NCBI GenBank assembly: GCA_965153355.1 | Contig: OZ231126.1 | Span: 48,298,001-48,362,000, forward strand | Direction: 5' to 3' | Source of the DNA: Flaccisagitta enflata | Taxonomy: Eukaryota | Length of the DNA stretch: 64,000 bases | Shown here: piece by piece, positions 58,143 through 64,000 of the stretch | How positions within the stretch are numbered: the stretch's first letter is position 1 | Layout: every line of letters starts with the position of its first letter | Notes under the pieces: generated by a model | The model's database searches: none | What the model was told of the DNA's origin: nothing | Seen by the model: only the letters and a program-made list of their open reading frames with translations | Translations under genes and position numbers: made by a program

Positions 58143-60528
58143 ATAACGGCGATGATTGTTGATTGATTGTACGACTGCATTCAAAGCGGAGCAAAGTGAA
58201 ACTAGCGTTTGAACAAATCCATATCATATCGTGAGTCAGTGACAAACAAACAAACATTCAAAACAAAGCCGTATGCACGGCAATCCAGTCGCGGACGGTT
58301 GGGCAGGAGCAGTAGTGCGAAAACCACTCGTAATTCAAAAATGTGAGGGACGGACGGACCGACGGACGGACCGACCGACGGACCAAGGTGTAGAGTCGCG
58401 TGTCCGCGACTAAGAACAGACCAAAAAAATAAATCATCAAGCCAAAACTCAAAAGTGTTTGTGCACTTCAATAAAAAATTTTCCTTTTTCACATCCTCTT
58501 CCGATCTCTCCTCAGTCCTCTACATGAACAGAATAGTTAATGACAGTTTAATGCCGCGCAAAGAACAAAGAGCCATAGTGTACAGATATATATGAGACAA
58601 TTTTTTTTTCAACAGTAATAATTTTGGCGTACTTTTCCATTCGGCTTTTTGTGCCAATGCACGATGCTCCGAGATAAAAACAATTGAACTCGTAAGTATG
58701 ATCTCGAGCTAAAGGCTTATTCAACATTAAGTGAGCCTCATTTGAGGTGTCCAAAGATGCTTTTAAACCAAGGCCGGATACACGGCAATCCAGTCTCGGA
58801 CGGTTGGGCAGGAGCAGTTATACGAAAACCGCTCGCAATTTTTAAATGTTTCAGACCGACCGACGGACCGACCAACCGACACGGCAAGGTGTAGAGGCGC
58901 GTGTCCGCGACTAAAAATCTTGTGCCTGAAGCCCCTAAACAAGTAAAGGTTCAGGGCTAGACTCAGATTGGTTCCATTCCAAGCTAGTCATTCGGTTGTC
59001 CGCCCGTCGGTACATAAGACTTTTTTTTGATGACGCGATATTGAGGGGAGTGGTTGGAGAAAAAAAAATTGAACGACGTAAACGGATGCAATCTTTGAAA
59101 ATACTGTCGATCCATCTGTTGGTCAATGGTCAGTCTGCATGGCTAGAACCAAAAAGTGTACAACCGCTGAATTCCGCCCCGGCACCCCTGCCCTGCTCCC
59201 TGTCCTTTACAAAATATTAGCTCATGGTACCTTATATTATAATATCATGGAACACAATTGAATGTGATTCTCATGCGTTTACTTCTTTCCATACTTATGA
59301 ACATTGTCAAAAACAAACGTAGACTTAGACTCGAAAATTTTCCTAGGTCAGTCAGTAGCTCAATCTTTTGCATGGACTTGCTCGATGCTCAGCGCTTTCA
59401 ATACTACAAGTATCAAATTTCAAGGTTCTGGCTCAAATACTTTAGAAGTTATGAGCATTTGTTTGAACCATATCAAGCTGAAAAAATTCCAGGAGAATCT
59501 TTTAACTTTCTTTGAAAATATGGCCGGCACTGAGTTTCAGTCTTCAGAGTCCAAGTTTTTTGAGAAAAAAAAGTGAGCTCACAGGATTTTGGATCTAGGT
59601 GAATCACACAATTTCTTATCAATTGCACCACACTTCTGAAAAATATTTTTCAAAAGAATATTTTGTGTTTTTTTTTGAGTCCCCGAGGCGCGACACAAAA
59701 ATTTTCAAAGTTTTTTGAAAAAAACTAAAAATACAAGATTTTGGATCAAGGCGAATCAAACACTTTTAAAAACCACTTTTAAAATCAAACACTTTTAAAA
59801 ACTATTTTTCAAAAAAATATTTTTCTAAATCCTTGATGCGCGACATAAAAATTTTCAAAGTTTTTTGAAAATAAGTGAAGATACAAGAATTCGGTTCTAG
59901 GCGAATCAAAAAATTTCCTTTCAATTGCACCCCACTTTAAAAAAAGATCCTCTCTAAGGGTTTTTTTGAGGGCCCTTAGGGGCCCCTAAGAAGTTAAAAG
60001 TGTTGATCAATGATATGAACAGAGTTATGTGCATAAGCCAAGCTATCTTTCAGGACCAAATTCAAGCTGATTAATTAGAGCTCAAGCTCATGCCGTTAGT
60101 CCCTCTGGACCGGCCGCATTTAAAAGAAAAATCAGAAAATTCACAAGGACTCAGATTCAGGATCTAAGGTCAATCTCTAACATACATCATCGAAATATTG
60201 ATCCCGCAGTGACAGTTAAGCTGGTTAACATGGTTTGAAATGAGATAACAAATCTGTGAAAAATCCCACTTGATGATAGGCTTTAGAGGTCTTAAAATGT
60301 CCATTGAGATATATTGAGAGTTTTAAAAGCAGTTACTGCCTGAAACCGATAAGTTTCATTGAAACGCCGTTAGAACATAACCATATTTTATTCATATAAC
60401 GATAAGACCAAGCAAGTGCCATGTAGTGTCAAAGTGCAATCTCTAAAAAAGAGTGCGGCTTTCGACACTTACAGCAGTGGATAAATTTTCCTTTCAATAT
60501 CTTAGCTCTTGCTTTAGATTGACAAATA

Positions 60529-61127
60529 ACAGGGTGTGCAAAATTATCCGGACATGGCAGTTATTTTTCTTAAAAACCCTAAAGAAAAAATGATTTTTAA
60601 AAGCATGAGGAGTGGATGTTAAAAAATATCTTTTTTAGCATTCAAAACCGAAATTCACAAAGAATAAATAAGCCAGAAATAAAACTCTTTAGGTAAATTT
60701 GATTCAGACATAATGTTCACTTCTTAAAAAAGATTCATTAAAAAAACTGAAATTCAATTGTTAGTTTATCTTGCCCTTTAGGCAAAGTTTATTTGCTTGT
60801 TTGAGCTCCATTGATATTGATTTAACTTACCTCCCTCAGCACAGTGTGTATAAAGCTAAGAAAGTCACTATGGAGTAGTTACAAATATAAAAATTTATGA
60901 TTTTGTAACCTATTTTGCCTATAAAATAAAATCCTGTCAAAATCAAAATCTTTACTTCAAGTTATGAAACTCCCATAGTGACAAAAGATTTAGAAAATAC
61001 CTACAATCAAATCTAGCTTCTAGTATGACTAGCTGGGGTACTCTGGCTCAAATTTCATAATGCTGGGTCACTTCTAAGTATAGTTTTCTTTCTATGGAGC
61101 AAGTCTAGATAATTTTGCACACCCTGT
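60529..61127. mobile_element. Tc1/mariner-type MITE, copy B only
   Basis: ACAGGGTGTGCAAAATTATC / GATAATTTTGCACACCCTGT ends. TA TSD confirmed by the empty site GACAAA-TA-TACATT at ~43332. Confidence 0.9.
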
Positions 61128-61618
61128 TATACATTTTTTTACTGAATGAGTAACTGGAAGTGTGGGTTCAAAATACCCTCCTCTTTAGTCTACATGTTGC
61201 CGTCCGGGATTTTTGATGGATACGTTATATTTGTCGTAAAAAAAAAAAAACAAACCAGACAATGTTTTGCTTTTATGATAGAAGAATAAGGCCAAACTGT
61301 CAAAGCACTGTTAAACACCAGCGCAGACAAAACCAAAGATTAAAGTTGCTCACAAAGGTTACAATTCGCCAATGTCAATGACAAATGGCAACTATGAAAG
61401 TACAAGTGTTCATGAAAAAAGCCAGCATTCCCCGTTTGAAGATTTTATTCTACTATACAAGGCGCCTCGGTATATGCCATACTCCAGCTACCTCAACTCT
61501 TGGGGGAGCTCCGCACCTTACTTAGACGCAGGTCTGCCTCCTCAATAGAAATTAGAATGATTAAAACAGTGTTTATTCGCATTATGGAGGTACAGTGCAA
61601 GTACGCAAAAACAACTTT

Positions 61619-61663
61619 TGCCTTAATTTTCGAAATCCACTTTGGGAATCATCATCAGAGGCA
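61619..61663 (-). ncRNA. Minimal type-I hammerhead ribozyme in the Penelope 3' region
   Basis: Minus strand reads TGCCT-CTGATGA-T-GATTCCCAAAGTGGATTTC-GAAA-AT-TA-AGGCA: stem I TGCCT/AGGCA, both core boxes, an imperfect stem II, and a palindromic AATT in place of stem III. Confidence 0.78.
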
Positions 61664-61812
61664 GAAAGAAAGAGAGAGAGAGAGTAAGGGTTTTTAAAGG
61701 GGAAATGAGACAATTGGGGATAGGAGAGAGAGGACAAGAAAAAAGAGAGAGTGGTCAATGACCAAAAGCCCAAGAAGGGCTGGGCCCCCCCGCCCCTATG
61801 CAAAACTAATTG

Positions 61813-63066
61813 TCAATCCATAGTATTGAAAACGGTGTTCCAGGCGTCTGTCTTGACATAGGATCCCCAGTCTTCGTTCATCCCCCTCCCAGGGCCACAG
61901 TTGGCCTTTTTTATTTCAAGAGCTTCCCATACTTTGAGGTCATAGTCTAGTTTTTTCTTGTTTTTCCCTGTCATTGTTTTTATGACTTCGAAGTTGGCTG
62001 GGTCAAATGGCTCATCGCAGTCCTTGTAGTGCTGGCTGATGCCACTGTGGGACCAATTCTCTCTCTCTATGGCACGTTGGTGTTCCTGCCATCGTGTTTC
62101 ACAGCAGCGACGTGTTTGGCCTATGTATTTCTTGCCGCACTTCTTGCAGATGTAACCGTATATACCTTTTTTTTTGGCTGGGTCTATTTTTGTTTTGTTT
62201 TTGTTACACAAAATATCCTTAAGTTTGGTACCCGATTTAAAGCATGTATTAACACCTGCTTTGGAGAGTATGCGTTTGAGCTGGTATGAGGTGCCTCCGG
62301 GTATGAATGGTATGCATGCAAATGGTTTGTATTCTTCGTCAGTGGTATTGTCGTCTTTAAATGGGAGAACGTCAAATAGGTTATCGGGTATAGAATCATT
62401 ATCATTTTTTTGTCTGCTAGTCTGGGTGTGTTTGTTACGGTCCTTTTTTCTAGGTTGGGAAGTGGAGGGGGGCCTGTATTCAGCGGCTATGGCTGCGAGC
62501 TTGGCTCTGTCGTGGCCGTTGTCTTCGTATAAATCTAAGAGGAAGGTTATCTCTTTTTGGGTTTGGTCGGGGGAGGAGCACAATTTGTGGGCCCTGCACA
62601 ATTCGCCTTTGAAGGTGGCAATGATGGTGAGGAGATTTTGGCAGGACTGGGGCTTGATGGTTATATTTGTGTTACTGCTCTTGCGATAGACTCTGGTGGA
62701 AATGGTGCCGTTGTCTTCACGGGTTAAATAAACGTCAAGGAATGCGATGGAGTTGTTCTCCTCTTCTTCTCGGGTAAATTGAACCCGGGGGTGGACTTCA
62801 TTTAAGCAGTCATTGAAAGCTGCTGCTGGGTCAGCGCGTTGGTTTTCGCTACGGAGACCCGGACGGCGTGGGGCTGGTTTGTATTCCAGTGTGCACCAAC
62901 AGTCGTCCATATAGATGGAAAGGTGCCTGGGGATGGCAAAACCCTTTTCGGTGGCAATGGGTATGGCATTTTCCATAGTGTAAATCATCCATATTTGAGA
63001 TATGGTGACCATCAGACTGAGCCCAATTGGGCCACTGTCTTTGGTGGAATTATGACGGTCATTGTT
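61813..63066 (-). CDS. Penelope RT (C-terminal part) plus GIY-YIG endonuclease, partial
   Basis: SGPIGLSL, YMDD, FTREEE..IAFLDV, TRVYRK, GIYGYICKKCGKKYIGQT.R....RWQEH. Confidence 0.92.
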   Translation of the reverse strand, partial: NNDRHNSTKDSGPIGLSLMVTISQIWMIYTMENAIPIATEKGFAIPRHLSIYMDDCWCTLEYKPAPRRPGLRSENQRADPAAAFNDCLNEVHPRVQFTREEEENNSIAFLDVYLTREDNGTISTRVYRKSSNTNITIKPQSCQNLLTIIATFKGELCRAHKLCSSPDQTQKEITFLLDLYEDNGHDRAKLAAIAAEYRPPSTSQPRKKDRNKHTQTSRQKNDNDSIPDNLFDVLPFKDDNTTDEEYKPFACIPFIPGGTSYQLKRILSKAGVNTCFKSGTKLKDILCNKNKTKIDPAKKKGIYGYICKKCGKKYIGQTRRCCETRWQEHQRAIERENWSHSGISQHYKDCDEPFDPANFEVIKTMTGKNKKKLDYDLKVWEALEIKKANCGPGRGMNEDWGSYVKTDAWNTVFNTMD

Positions 63067-64000
63067 TTACTACCGGTGCTTGCGATGACGATTCGTAGAA
63101 ATTAGAATGACTTTATCTCTACAGACGTCGATTTCTTCAGTATCTCTTCAATTTGGATCGATCTTACAGATTGATGACCAATTGACCATTCAATGCAGAG
63201 AGTGGTATCAAAAACTTTCTTACACGTAAACTTGTTCTTTTTACATTTTTGCTTGGATGAATAAAAGATTTCACTTAAACAGCTAACGGAAGTTGGTTGA
63301 AATACTATTGCTATGGTTTTTTTTTAAGAAACGTGAATTTTGACGCTATTTTATGCGAATTAACAATATCATTCATTCAGCTTTATTATTGCTTATTGAT
63401 ATCATTAAAAAAACGATATCATTCAACCCCGGTAGAATTTCGTATGTTATGGGTAGCTCCTTTATTTAAGCTCTAGCAGCGGTCTCATTATGAACTGATG
63501 CATTACACTTGCGTCTCTTGATATTCAAGCTTTTACAAACTATTGATTTTCTATCGACGCGAGGAGTCCGAGGACACTTCCAAATCCATGATAACTATTT
63601 TGACAACCGACTTTTCATTTTTATTAGGGAATGACGCAAAAACTCTTTAAGATAAGGACATATAAGGTGCATTCACCTTGTAAGTATCTTTACGATCTTG
63701 ACTTTGACAACTAAATCTCAATCAAAAGCAGGGAATTACGTACAAACCCTCCAAGATAAGGACAATGGCAATCACCTTGCCCTCCCATTCTAGGGTTCCC
63801 ATCTGGGCCCGGGTTACGAAACGGATTTTCAAATTTACTCTTCAGGTTTTGCAGCCTACGAGGTTGGACGCGTTTCCAGGCGAGTTGCCTCGTGTTTGAT
63901 CTTCTGTTTGATGAAGAATGCCTTTCATAACACTGACCCAATTCGAGTATGATTACACTCGAACGACCCAATTTCTCCCTATTCGTTCTTTTTTCGGGCA

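Larger units (their letters stand above)
61561..63095 (-). mobile_element. 5'-truncated Penelope-like retroelement with a 15-bp TSD
   Basis: TAGAAATTAGAATGA at 61546-61560 and 63096-63110. Contains an RT plus GIY-YIG ORF, and a 3' region with a hammerhead motif and AATAAA. Confidence 0.92.
54831..64000 (+). repeat. Segmental duplication, copy B (runs off the window)
   Basis: Direct-orientation match to copy A with scattered substitutions, different microsatellite lengths and different TE insertions. Confidence 0.93.

Overview
Repeat-rich animal (probably invertebrate) genomic DNA. There is no sign of prokaryotic content, CRISPR, tRNA or rRNA. The only recognisable host gene is the first coding exon of an afadin/canoe orthologue (22748-23716, +); I found no exon 2, so the remaining ~40 kb may be intron 1. 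Retroelements: an intact two-ORF APE-RT LINE (~11941-16803) plus a 5'-truncated inverted copy sharing the same ~235-bp downstream flank, a 5'-truncated CR1, and a 5'-truncated Penelope-like element with a 15-bp TSD and a minimal hammerhead ribozyme. Roughly 30 copies or fragments of two Helentron-type (HINE/DINE-1-like) non-autonomous families and about a dozen TIR MITEs are also present. A diverged direct duplication (30157-46915 vs 54831-64000+) supplies filled and empty sites for many insertions. It shows that the CR1 and the Penelope element inserted within about 12 bp of the same site in the two copies. A decayed, CpG-rich, apparently spliced gene of unknown family occupies 17041-~20760. 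All comparisons were made by eye.
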